A stretch of DNA of 64,000 nt from Spirogloea muscicola. Taxonomy: Eukaryota. The position numbers and the translations under genes were made by a program. This document shows positions 1 to 11,027 of the stretch, piece after piece. The stretch is taken from assembly GCA_009602725.1 (NCBI GenBank), contig WELB01000019.1:275705-339704 (forward strand), given 5' to 3'. The notes beneath the pieces are model-generated. The model was given only the letters and a program-made list of their open reading frames with translations, ran no database searches and was not told the origin of the DNA. How positions within the stretch are numbered: position 1 is the stretch's first letter; each line of letters begins with the position of its first letter.

Positions 1-2585
1 GCGGCTGCGGCGACGGCGGCGGCGGCGGCGACGGCGGCGACGGCGGCTGGGTATCGGTCAAGAAGCGGCTGCTGGAGAAGGACCTGCCGCCGCCATCGCC
101 GGTGCCAGTGCCGCCGCTGGTGGCAGTCAAGGTGGAGGACAAGGCGGCCGCAGCGGCCATCCCGCCGCCGCCGGCGGCGAGGAAAGCGCCGCCGCCGCCG
201 CCGTCCGCGGCGCAGATGCGCGTCCTGCGCGCCATCGCAGAGGGCCGGTCCGTCTTCGTGACCGGCTCCGCCGGCACCGGCAAGTCCTTCCTGCTGGCGC
301 ACGTGCTCGCCACGCTCCGCTCCGCCGCCATGTACGGCCCCGACGCCGTCTTCGTCACCGCCTCCACCGGCCTCGCCGCCTGCAACATCGGCGGCACGAC
401 GCTGGTGAGGCACCACGGCCTGCCTTGGCCCTACATTACCGCTTTTCCCACGTCCATACCGATGTATTCCTCGACAAATCTGATGATGTGCATGATTCTG
501 CCAGATGTCTGCCAGATAGCTTCTCAAGAGCCTTAATAATCAAGTAGTCAATAGTAGTTGATTGATCACTTGAACAACAATCATTAGCCAGTAATGCTTG
601 ATAGTTCAATTAGCCAAACTTTCGAGACGACATCTTGTGTCCTCCTGCTACTTGCCCTGCTCCGTCCAAGCCCTGCTTACACATTCACGGGTCAGGAGAA
701 AGTGACCACATGACACCTGGCAGAGCCCCTGTGACCATGTACAGGTGCCGCTCGAAGCTTGTGCTCACAACGCGCCACGCGGCAATGCCTTGCTGCGACG
801 CTGCAGCACTCCTTTGCCGGGATCGGCCTGGGGAGGGAGTCGGCGGCGGACCTCACGAGCCGCATCATGGGCCGCCGGGAGGCGCGCTTGCGGTGGCTTC
901 GGGCCAAGGCGCTGATCCTGGACGAGGTCAGCATGGTGGACGGCGACCTCTTCGACAAGATCGTGAGCTGCCGTCCCCGGCACCGATGCCCCTGCTGCCA
1001 GCACCTGCTGCCAGCACCTCTTGAGACAGAGTGTGGGATGCAGCTCATAGCGTCACTGTACTTCATTAAGTTTGTGGTCACTGCTACCAACACCACCATG
1101 CTGGTGTAGGATAACTTTGAGTAGTCGGCCCACTAGACAACCAATAATCTAAGCAAGTGCCATGAGGGAATGCTACTGCTTGTGCCTGAGACTCTACATG
1201 CACAGTGATCTTTGGCCAGCAACTTAGCTTACCCGGCATGCTCGGAGCTTCAGAGCTTGGATGCACGAGGTCACCCAATCTCTTGATTGCACTTATTGCA
1301 GGAGAAGATTGCCCGCAACCTGAAGCAGAGCGAGAAGCCGTTTGGCGGTATGCAGCTGGTCGTGACCGGCGACTTCTACCAGCTCCCACCTGGTGAGCCT
1401 CGGCCCAAGCAACTCATGCTTACGACGCTCAACTGCATGTTGTTGCGGACAGGCGTGCCATGTTTGCATGACACATGCGATTGCTCCGGTGGCAGTGAAG
1501 GAGGGGGGCCAGCCGCAGAGGTTCGCGTTCGAGGCCGAGAGCTGGGGGCGGTGCATGGGCATGCAGCTGGAGCTGCGGCACGTGTTCCGCCAGGCCGACC
1601 GAGACTTTGTGGGCCTTCTCAACGAGCTGCGGCAGGGCCGGTGCTCCGCCGGGACGCTTCGGCGGCTCCAGGCTCGCAGCGGCGACGCCCAGCTGGCGTC
1701 AGCGCAGGGTGGCGACGGCATTGAGCCGACACGGCTGTACCCGCACAAGGTGGACGTGGCGCGCGAGAACCTCGGGCGACTGCAGCAGCTGAGTGGCGAG
1801 GAGCTCACCTTCGTGGCCATGGACATTGGCGGCGGGGAGCACCAGCGGAAGCTGCTGGATTCGACACAGGCGGCGCGCGAGGTCCGGCTCCGTGTCGGCG
1901 CGCAGGTGATGCTGGTCAAGAACCTGGACCAAGGCGCTGGCCTGGTGAACGGCGCACGTGGCGTCGTGGAGGCCTTTGTCACGCCTGTCAGCATTGCGAG
2001 CCTCGGGGAGAATGCACCGCATGCACGGCAGATCAGCGCATCAGGGCGGTGGCCGAGCGTCCGCTTTGCGTGCCTCGGCGGCTCCCCACAGGTCGTCGGC
2101 CCTGAGAGCTGGAGCATCAACGAGGGCCCCAAGGTGCTCGCCAAGCGCGTCCAGGTGCCGCTGGCGCTCGGCTGGGCGCTCAGCGTGCACAAGTGCCAAG
2201 GCATGACGCTGGACCGCGTGGAGACGGACCTCAGCAAGGCGTTTGACGATGGCATGGTGTATGTTGCGCTGTCGCGCGTCCGCTCACTTGAGGGTCTTGT
2301 CCTCTCAGGTGCGCCGACTCTTGGCACTCCCCTGGAAGGCCTCCCTTACCCTGATCTGCACTATAAGTCTATGTACTACTGTTCACTAACTCTGGTGGCA
2401 AGTGTGGCATGACAAGCATCATCAACCAATGCTGCAAAGTAAAATTAAGCTCTGTACAAAGGAACTCATGTACACATGTCCGTCATGCTGCAGGCTTTGA
2501 CCCACGGAGAATCAAAGTCAACCCAAAGGTTGCCAGCTTCTACCAGCAAATAGCGTTTGAGAATGCTGACGAGAGCCCACCATGA
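1..2585 (+). CDS. PIF1: PIF1-family 5'-3' DNA helicase (spliced, 5' end outside window)
   Basis: Exons <1-404, 807-962, 1302-1392, 1496-2308, 2494-2585, all GT-AG. Motifs [95 protein letters not shown]. Ends GFDPRRIKVNPKVASFY...PP*. Confidence 0.95.
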
Positions 2586-2959
2586 CATCCAACAATGACA
2601 CTTTCTATTGATCCTTTCATAACCCAGCATCTGCATGAGCCTGCACACTGTGCAGTCGAGTGAGGAACACAAAATTGTCGCTGCTAGCAACAGCCTGCAG
2701 ATACTTATGTGGAGGATTGCTCGTGCAAGTTCCTGAGGAGGAAATATGAAGCCCCAGGACACGGAGTTTGCTGAGATATGAGCATGTGTCGTGCCATATG
2801 GCGTCGGCTGCCAGATGACGTCGATAAGTTGAATTAGCATGAAAGTAGTTGATAAATTATCCCGCACGTGCTCGGCAGAGTCAAACCAACAAGAGTACAA
2901 GAAGACTTGGCGATACTTTGATGATATACTTGTGCAGAAAACAAGACAGAACAGCACAT

Positions 2960-3227
2960 AAGGAATGGCGGTCGCGTTTATCTGAGAGTCAGAGTTTTTT
3001 TTTTTTTTGAAAGGGGCAATCTTATTTCTTATGTGTGCAGGCATCTTCTCAGGAAACTTGCCCCAACATTGCTGCTCTACATGCCCAAGTTTAGAACAAA
3101 ATGCACATGTAGATCCTGTAGTCTGGTGACTCTGGGTACAATCTCTTTGGATGTGCCCCTTCTTACCACATCTGTGGCACTCTATAGCTGAACTTTCTAC
3201 TGGGCGTGCAGCTGCTGGATAGGCCAC
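2960..3227 (-). mobile_element. LTR-retrotransposon gag fragment with two CCHC zinc knuckles
   Basis: CHRCGKKGHIQRDC and CAFCSKLGHVEQQC followed by WGKFPEKMP. No downstream pol seen; left boundary approximate. Confidence 0.7.
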
Positions 3228-3312
3228 AAAGGCCTTTTTTCGTACCTCCTGCCTTGTCGTGTGACGAGGCAGTCATCTTCTTGTCAGGGGTGCCCTGAGA
3301 GCCTGCAAAGGT

Positions 3313-3952
3313 CAGTCATATCAAAGTTGCCCGTTACTTTTACATTGATAATGAGCCGTGAGGCGGCCAAGCGTCACCTGAACTTGATGATTAGTCAGTA
3401 TCCTCTATTGATGACTGACACTACATTTCTGGAGTGGGGTTGTTTTCTTCCTCAGGACATTCGCGAGGCAGCAGTCAGCCCAGCGCTGAATCGTCTGCCT
3501 CCAGTAGATCTAGTCCTAGCCGGTTTTCCCTGTCAAGGGTTTAGCCCAATAGGATTAGGCAAGGGTTTTAGTCATCCGGACACAGCCCTGTTCAAGCCTT
3601 TGATGAAGTCCAGTACCTAGTGATGCATCTGAAGAGGAAAAGCAGCTAGGTACTGGACTTCATCAAAGGCTTGAACAGGGCTGTGTCCGGATGACTAAAA
3701 CCCTTGCCTAATCCTATTGGGCTAAACCCTTGACAGGGAAAACCGGCTAGGACTAGATCTACTGGAGGCAGACGATTCAGCGCTGGGCTGACTGCTGCCT
3801 CGCGAATGTCCTGAGGAAGAAAACAATCCCACTCCAGAAATGTAGTGTCAGTCATCAATAGAGGATACTGACTAATCAGCAAGTTTAGGTGACGCTTGGC
3901 CGCCTCACGGCTCATTATCAATGTAAAAGTAACGGCAACTTTGATATGACTG
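3313..3952. repeat. Long inverted repeat of the DNMT fragment (arms 3313-3620 and 3646-3952, 25-nt spacer)
   Basis: Arms are reverse complements; by eye about 3 substitutions and 1 indel. Confidence 0.95.
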
Positions 3953-4014
3953 GCCATTGCGGCTCTAAACCCGTTGGCGGTACCACCAAACAGTTCAACC
4001 AACACGATACCCTG
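3646..4014 (-). pseudogene. C5 cytosine DNA methyltransferase fragment (motifs I-IV), probably TE-borne
   Basis: GIVLVELFGG (motif I-like), LPQDI, VDLVLAGFPCQGFS (catalytic PCQ motif IV), GKGFSHPDTALF. Intronless, frameshifted, truncated. Confidence 0.8.
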
Positions 4015-4255
4015 CTAGCTTTAGAATCAAGGATACTGCGTGCAGCCACCTCCGCGTCCGAGTCAGCACCGACGCGAATCGACCACCGACGGGACGGCGC
4101 ACGACATGCCACACTCTTCTGCACTCTCCAGCTTCTCGCGAGCATCAAGAGAGCCAGGGGTTCATGGCCAACAAGTTTGGACCCTCAGAGGCTCTTTTGC
4201 ACCTGCCTACTCCGTCTTTACATGGTAGCTGGTTTAGGGTGTTCTTAGCCCTAAA

Positions 4256-4595
4256 CCGCCGCCGGGTCGTTGGCCCAGGTGTATCGCATGCGCCTGGCCG
4301 TCTCGCTGCAGAGGTCCATGGCCCGTGCGCTGCACCTGCGTGCTGGCCGAGCCCTTGCTGCTGCCTCTGGCTCTGGCCAGGGGACATACTTCCAGGAGCA
4401 TAGCCTCTCCGACCTGCGCCTGCTTAGCAGGGGTTACTGAGTGGTTAGTAGCTGCTTTGTTTTTTCTTGTGTGCTTGTCATTTCTGCTGCTTCGCCTTAG
4501 GGCTTCGCCTGGCTTCCCCCCCCCTCTTCTTGTACTCTGTTCATTCTTTTTTGGGCTGGCTGTTCCAGCCCATATTCTCAATGGGCGAGCCCTTC
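4256..4595 (+). mobile_element. 5'-truncated RLE-type (CRE-like) non-LTR retrotransposon, subfamily A
   Basis: Encodes ...YRMRLAVSLQRSMARALHLRAGRALAAASGSGQGTYFQEHSLSDLRLLSRGY*, then a 3' UTR ending GGGCGAGCCCTTC(TTCT). TSD TTCTTAGC at 4242-4249 and 4596-4603. Near-identical to 15381-15725 (-). Confidence 0.85.
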
Positions 4596-4907
4596 TTCTT
4601 AGCTTCCTGGCTGGCTTGTTCAAGGTCTTTTTAGTCAGTACTTAAATCCTAGCTCCAGTAAAAACAGCAGTTGTCCAATACTTAGCAGGCTCGATTATAT
4701 AAGGAGAGTGTCAAAGGTTGGAACTACTGTCAGCAACGTCACTGCAGAACCATGCAGGAATACACATTGACCGCAATTTGTTGTACCCTGAGAAAATGAT
4801 GTGGCAACTGGGAAAGTTGTCATATTTGAGAGTTTCGCGGAATCTGAAGACTATATACACTTCTAGTCTCAAGAACGAGGAAATGATGGCAGTAGAAGAG
4901 TCAGCAG

Positions 4908-5744
4908 TCAAGCTTTGCCAGGGACCTTGGCTGTCAGCTCCGGCAAAATCTTGAACAAGTCCCCCGCCAGTTCATAATTGGCTACCTGTAACACAGCATT
5001 AAAAGAAAGGGCTCGCCCATTGAGGATAGGGGCTGGAAAAGCCAGCCCAAAAAAGAATGAACAAAGGACTAATTTACAGCGTGATTTTGAGCAATGGCAT
5101 CTCAATAGGTACTCATAGAAGAGCCAGTCGAGCCCCACAGAAAGCAGGCCTTCTGCCTGCATCTAACAATCTGCATCCAACAATGATCCAGTGCCCACCT
5201 GGAAGATAGGAGCATAGGAGCGAGTAACAGGGACCCAGTGCCCACCTGGAAGATAGGAGCATCGGGGTCCTTGTTGATTGCTACAATTGTCTTGGAGTCC
5301 TTCATGCCTGCGAGGTGCTGGATGGCTCCCAAGATTCCAATAGCTGTGTACAGCTCGGAAGCCACCACCTTGACCGTCTGCCCTACCTGTCAAGTGGTCA
5401 CTTGGTAGGAACATTAGCTGCGTGAGTGGGCCAGCTCTGCTTCTAAAACAGATGACTCAGAGGAGCTAGTATCAGGCCGACTCAAGTCTCGCGCATCGTG
5501 CATAGCTAAGATCCTACTAGCAGGATAGCTTCAAGGACACCTCTGTTGTACACATGTGGCCAGAATGTGGATGCAGGAGTCAGCACTCTTTGCAGCAGGC
5601 ATGCAGAGGCCCCCTGACGCCCCAAAATACTGTCTTGATTTCGCCTTGTGCTAAGGTTGCAAAGCTTGGCTCTGCACTATCGGGCTACTGGGCTACCTGG
5701 AGGTCATTAGGCACGAAGCCTGCATCCACTGCTGCTCGTGACGC
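4908..5744 (-). pseudogene. ETF-alpha partial pseudogene (last three exons)
   Basis: [82 protein letters not shown]. Lacks all upstream exons and has substitutions in conserved residues. Confidence 0.85.
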
Positions 5745-6239
5745 TGCAGCCTGTTTGCTGCTACTCCAATCGGCGGCCCACGCTGCCGCCGCTTGTAGCC
5801 AAGACCTCCGCCTCTTATGTGACACACTCACTGCAACTTGCAGCCTTCTTGATGAGGTGCGGCGTGTCAAGGTGGAGCCCTTTACTGCAGCACGCTGCCA
5901 TTGCTGCCAGTGGAGGGCTCCACCTTCAGATGCCGTACCTCATTGAGAAAGCTGCAAGTTCCTAGAAGGAGGTGTGCCACGTTGGAGGCAATGGTCTAAG
6001 CTACAAACGAAAGCGGCCGCTGATATTAACAGAGCGGCTGTTAATGCCAGCCAGATGCATACAGGTGTTCATGATGGAGCCACCAGGCTAGGCAGTCAGG
6101 GCGCTCTTCGTACCCCCGTGTCAGCAGTAGAAAGTCAGATGAGCCGAGGGGAGGAAGAGCAACCCCGCTGCGCAAGCCAGAGGCTGCTGCAAGGGCGCGA
6201 CCGGCTCGGTGGTGCTACAAGCAGTGGCAGCGTGGGCGG

Positions 6240-6790
6240 GTGATAGACAGCGTGCTGCAGCGGCGGTCAGTCTCTGATCTTTCCACCATGCGAAGGTGGT
6301 CGTTGTGCAAGGCAACGAGAGCTAAGCATCAAGTTGAGCTTTTTGGCTATGGCGCGCAAGGTCCTGTGCATGTCCTCAATAATGGCTCTGCCATGCGCTC
6401 CAGTTGGAAGAGAATGCCAGCAGGCAGCCCGCTCTCTCAGCGCCAGTCGCTGGAAGTACGGTATTGCAGGACTTGCTGGAGTATCAGCAGTGGCCGCAGC
6501 TGTGCCCCTTGGCCGTGGCCCTTGCAGGCGATGGGCTTCGCTTGTGCTTGCCCTTGCCTGGAGGCGGGCTTGGCCGCAGGTAGGCGTCATGCAGTCCGTT
6601 GCGTGGCAGTTGAGGTTGCAGCGGCGACGCATCCTGTTGAGCTGTTTGGCCTCGAAGGCCTTGTGGATGTTTGTAAAGACGGCAACTTTTCCTTTGCAAT
6701 TGTGCTCCACAGGGAAGAGTCGCCAGCGGGCAGCCAGCTGCTGTGCCAGCACCATTCGCTTGAATGTACAGTGTTGCAGGATTTCTTGAA
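6240..6790 (-). pseudogene. Degenerate tandem fragments of the unknown Cys-containing gene (see 11028-12036)
   Basis: FKKSCNTVH, LFPVEHN..VFTNIHKAFEAKQL and PGKGKHKRSPSPARATAKGHSCGHC match 11028-11361, with stops and frameshifts. Confidence 0.6.
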
Positions 6791-7199
6791 GAAAGCGCGG
6801 CCAGATTGACTGGTGGCTGGGAGAGGCGAGCCCAAAGGAATGGACAAGGTCTGAAGGAGCCGGAAAGCGAAGGACTAGGACTAAGACATCACCGGGGACG
6901 CTCAGTAACCTCTAGTCAGTAGATGCAACGGCAGCGGCCGCAGATGTGCCCCTTGGCCATGGCCCAATGGGGTGAAGGCTCCGCTTGCGCTTGTCCTTGC
7001 CCAGCGGCGGCTCAGTCGCAGGATGGCGCCTTTGCTGTCATTGACCTGGCCAGGTATCCCTACAGCAATGCCATGGCCGAGATAGCGGCCACAGCGGCGG
7101 CGGCTACGACGGCAGTGGACGGACGCACGCCTAGGACTGGGCGGTGTTCAAGGGCGGCGAGTGTCGTTGCAAGGAAGGGGCTGTAGTGACGGTAACGCC

Positions 7200-8060
7200 A
7201 ACAGCAAGCAGACTCTGAAGGAATGATGATTTGCCAAATGTCCAGCTTGCTTATTTGCTTGCTGTTGTTCGCAAGTGTTCCACAAGGTAACAACTGGTTC
7301 TTGTTGCTGGAGGCTTGATCAGTTGAGTTGCTGGAGGCAGGTATGAGCTTGCTCATTGACAAAGTCCGATCAGCAGAAGGCTCGAGAGAGAGTTGAGAGT
7401 AGGTCAGAAAGAAAGTGGCTCTCCCACCACAGGGGGCAAGGGCTGTGAAAAGCCAGCCCGAAAAGATTTGACAGAGGACAGCTTGCCAGATGTCGACCTA
7501 ACCTGACAGCAAATAAATGTCTGAGGAGGACATGTCAGCCCTCCTCCTACCTAAAGCGAACTGCTCATCGCTAAGTACACAGAGCGGCATTGCTAAGGAT
7601 GAGCGCTTGGAGCTCATCGAGTTCTTTGGAGTCTATAGAGAGAAGGCGCGCGGCGCGCATGAAATTGAAAGGGAGGCTAATCCTAGCCTTACAAATGTCC
7701 TGTCAAGTGGCTAATGAGCTGGCTAAGGAGACACTAACATCCCCATAGGGTCGAAGTCCGCGCCCAGCGGACTGTCGGGTGACCCTCACCCGCCACAATG
7801 TAACGGTTGGAGAAAGTCGAAGACGGCGAGGTCCATGCCGTCCTCGCCATATAAGAGCGAAGGGCATGCCTCCTGTGAGGGCGGCCAGGAGGCATGCCCT
7901 TCGCTCTTATATGGTGTGAGGGCCGCCTCGGTCGACACCGCCACGTCAACGCTGTCAGCGTTGACTGGAGTAGGAAGGGCGCCCTGCCCAGGGCCGCCTC
8001 AATAGGTCTGGCATGACAGCATCCTCGCCGCAGTATGACGGCTCGAGACCTGCCTCCGGC
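7200..8060 (-). repeat. Inverted copy of about 11680-12400 (3' exon and flank of the unknown gene)
   Basis: Shared blocks such as ggactttgtcaatgagcaagctcatacctgcctccagcaactcaactgatcaagc and gtcacccgacagtccgctgggcgcggacttcga in opposite orientation. Confidence 0.85.
7638..7744 (-). mobile_element. Short dispersed insertion, probable 3' end of a second LINE-like family
   Basis: gagagaaggcgcgcgg...aattgaaagggaggc.aat also occurs at about 54168-54215, 63437-63531 and 63800-63845. It is absent from the paralogous site near 11965-11990. Confidence 0.6.
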
Positions 8061-8319
8061 GCCACAGAAGCGGCAGCGCCGTCTCTCCAATCTGGGCAGG
8101 AGGCGGGAGGCGGGTCTCGAGCCGTCATACTGCGGCGAGGATGCTGTCATGCCAGACCTGATTGAGGCGGCCCTCCCAGCCGGGCAGGGCGCCCTTCCAA
8201 CTCCAGTCAACGCTGACAGCTTTGACGTGGCGGTGTCGACCGAGGCGATCATCACAGGCGGACAAGAGGCACTCCCTCCGCTGTCATGTGGCAAGGACGA
8301 CCTCGCTGTGAGGACCTTG

Positions 8320-8773
8320 CGACCATTCGGAGTTTGTCTTTGTGGAAGTCGCCGAGCGCAAGCATCTTGGTCAGCTGCTTCGCCCCAAAGGCCTTGTGGA
8401 TGTCCACGGACACGGCGTTGCTGTCGCTGTTGTGCTCCACCGGGAACAGGCTCGCCAGCGGCCCTTTTAAAAAGTCCTGCAACACCGTGCACCCGGCCAC
8501 TGGCGCCGAGACGCCTGGCTGCTGGCTGGCGAGCCTGTTCGGCTCCACCGGGAACAGGCTCGCCAGCGGGCAGCCAGCCGTCTCAGCGCCAGTGGCCGGG
8601 TGCACTGTGTTGCACGACTTCTTGAAAGGACCGCTGGCAAGCCTGTTCACAGTGGAGCACAAACAGCGACGGCGAAGCCGTCTTCGTCGACATCCACAAG
8701 GCCTTCGGGGAGAAGCAGCTGACCAAGATGCATGCGCTCGGCGACTCCCACAACGACAAACTCCGAATGATCG
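8320..8773. repeat. Fold-back palindrome of unknown-gene exon sequence (centre about 8546)
   Basis: Left arm gaccattcggagtttgtc...gcgagcctgttc; right arm gaacaggctcgc...gacaaactccgaatgatcg. Arms are diverged reverse complements. Confidence 0.9.
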
Positions 8774-9019
8774 ACAGGCCTGAGACCGCTCAACCGCTCA
8801 CCGGGGCCTCGCAGAGCCCGCATGTTGTAATTGGCGGCGCGGCGCCAGACGGTGTCACCGGCGACGAGGCGGTGATGAAGGCGCTCAGATCGACGGCGAC
8901 ATCGTCCAAGGGCTCGGCGGCGCTGGTGAGAGAGGCGCGCGGGGAGTGCGGGGCTACTAGTGGGCGGGGTGGGCGGGAGGAAGAAGTGAGCTCGTCTGAA
9001 TGGGGCGAGGGCTCTTGGG

Positions 9020-9076
9020 CTGTTTTTTTTTGGGCTGGCTTGTTCAGCCCCTATCCTCAATGGGCGAGCCCTTCCT
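9020..9076 (+). mobile_element. 57-bp extreme 5'-truncated RLE-LINE 3' tail
   Basis: TSD TCTTGGG at 9013-9019 and 9077-9083. The empty site gagggctcttggggaagg is in the inverted paralog near 17093-17110. Confidence 0.85.
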
Positions 9077-9447
9077 TCTTGGGGAAGGCGCGCGCTGGTG
9101 CGCGTGAGTGGACAGGGAGGAGGCCAGCCGAGCCAATGCTGTGGGCAACGAGGGAATGGGGGAGGAGGGTGGCCGCCCGCCCGCCTGCAGTAGCGGCTGT
9201 TGATACCACAAATATGGAGTCTGTATTCAGTGATGAATACACAAATGGATGATGAAAGGGGAGGCCAGATCGGGCATTCAGGCAGCACTCGGGTCTACGT
9301 AAAGCGGAGCTCAGACGAGACGGCGTCAAGTGGACAAGGTGGGACGGGGGCGTGGTGGCGTTCCCAAGGGCTTTCCGGATCCCGGCAGCTGCCACGCCCT
9401 CCCCTTGGTGACGTCCCCGAGGGCGGAGCTGCCCGACCAGCAAAATA

Positions 9448-9831
9448 CAGTCAAACCTGTCTAAGCTTATGCGGTCGGTTGGGGAGATTTGTATAACGAT
9501 ACACAGGTCATATCAATAAACAGGGTACTGCTTAACCCCTGACCCCTGGGGTTAGGGGTTAGGGGTAGGGTTAAGGGTTAGGGGGTTAAGTGTTTAGCGT
9601 GACGTCACGTGACACAGGTCGCACGGTTTGCCGCACGGCCGTCGCACGGCCGTCGCACGGTTGCACGCAGTCGCACGGTGTAGGTATAAGCTTATATTTG
9701 AGGAAAACATATAAAGTATGGAAGTAGAGAGGATACAAGCTTACGCCACTAAACCGACTCGGTTGGCCAGAATTTGGTAACGTTATACAGGATATAAGCT
9801 TATGGAGGATAACCTTAGACAGGTTTGACTG
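9448..9831. mobile_element. MITE with pogo/Tc1-mariner-like TIRs
   Basis: 18-bp perfect TIR CAGTCAAACCTGTCTAAG / CTTAGACAGGTTTGACTG. Left flank TA, right flank CA. Repeated TAAGCTTAT motifs inside. Empty site in the paralog at about 16160-16180. Confidence 0.8.
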
Positions 9832-9974
9832 CATAATAGCTTTTTCCCGTGTACAGTATTTCAGCTGCCCAACCACCAGAGATTTTAGAAAAGAATTGCC
9901 GCCACGCCCCGCCCTTCGAAAGACGGAGCAGCTCTTTCAAATTTGAGGAAAACCTCGTTTGGTGGAGGGCGACG

Positions 9975-10075
9975 CTGCTATGGCCGCCGCCTCTGGGTCT
10001 CGGCGGAGTGCCTCTTTCCTTGCAGCGAGCTACTCTGACCTGATGTTGCTCACTCGCGGGGTACTGAGCTTCCCT
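9975..10075 (+). mobile_element. RLE-LINE subfamily C C-terminal fragment
   Basis: AAASGSRRSASFLAASYSDLMLLTRG, homologous to SDLRLLSRGY*. Matches 54498-54545 (-). Confidence 0.6.
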
Positions 10076-11027
10076 CGAGGGCGACAGACCTGCCCCGACT
10101 TGTGATGCATAAGGTGCAAAGTCTCGTGTGTGAGCCCAGAGAACGCCGTCACTCGGTAAACACCGGGTCCATGGTGTTAGCGGTTAAGTTCTTAGTCAGC
10201 GAAGCACAGAAGACCGTAGGCAGCGGCGTGGCAACGTCGGCATTGGGGCAGCACGGCTAGCTTAAGGTGGAGCGACGACGTGCTTTTAGCAATGGTATAC
10301 GAGCCTCTTGGCAGCTGGCCTCGCCGCTACCTTTCCCACGATAGACACCACCTGCTGCGATGCTCGCGGGGCGGACTCATGCGGCCGTTCTACCAGCAAG
10401 CAGACAGTGGCAGAAGCAGCAGAGAAGGTGGCATTGGCGGCAGCTGGCAGCCCCTGCCTCGAATCTGAACAGCAAGCGGTCAGGCACAGCCGGCGAGCGG
10501 CCACCTCACGCCCAGGCGGCGTGGCGCTCAGCACGTCGGCGCTATGCCACCGCCATGGCAGCCTTGCTTTTATGTCAAGAGGCGCTATAGCTGCTATGGC
10601 TCAGAATAAGGTCAAGCGACTGTCGGCTTCCGAGCCAGCTGCAGGCTGCGCCTCGTTGCGGGGGCCGCTTCGTCGGCGACGCGGCGCCAAGTGCCGGACA
10701 TCGGACGGTCCTGAACCGCGCGCGAGTCCCGGTCCGGATTAGGCGATCGCCATCCAGTTCAACGCGGGAAGGCGGGCCGTTGCGCGCTTGCGTGGCGCTC
10801 GCGTGGCGCACGTGGGGCCAGCTTTTTGCGCGGGAAGCGAGACCGTTGTCGGTCCAGCCGCTCATACCTCGCCACGTGGAGGCAGCGTGGTCCCCACCGC
10901 ACGCGAAATGGCGCGACGGCGTCGGAGGCACCCCCCCCCTCCCTCCACCCCCCCTTCCCGCGCCCCCGGCCTCCCTCTCTCCTCCCCCCCTACCGGTCCC
11001 CCCACCTCCTCTGATCCCCCTCCCNAG

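Larger units (their letters stand above)
4107..5744. repeat. Diverged direct duplicate of 17930-19290 (ETFA 3' exons, introns and downstream flank)
   Basis: Collinear similarity, e.g. tcaagctttgccaggga/aaccttggctgtcagctccggcaaaatcttgaacaagtc, shared intron sequence, and a common breakpoint at ctcgtgacgc. Confidence 0.9.

Noticed and set aside
1..2585. PIF1 as a Helitron RepHel explaining nearby gene capture
   Set aside because: It looks like the cellular PIF1 (regular introns, typical short C-terminus) and no HUH Rep motifs are visible. The 5' end is outside the window.
3357..3380. Shared GCCAAGCGTCACCT (EAAKRHL) with 11541-11564
   Set aside because: Only about 14 bp match and the flanks are unrelated; treated as coincidence.
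9548..9590. Telomeric tract as a chromosome end or fusion scar (also 21773-21803, 58185-58230)
   Set aside because: Short, degenerate, and located inside a MITE or introns.
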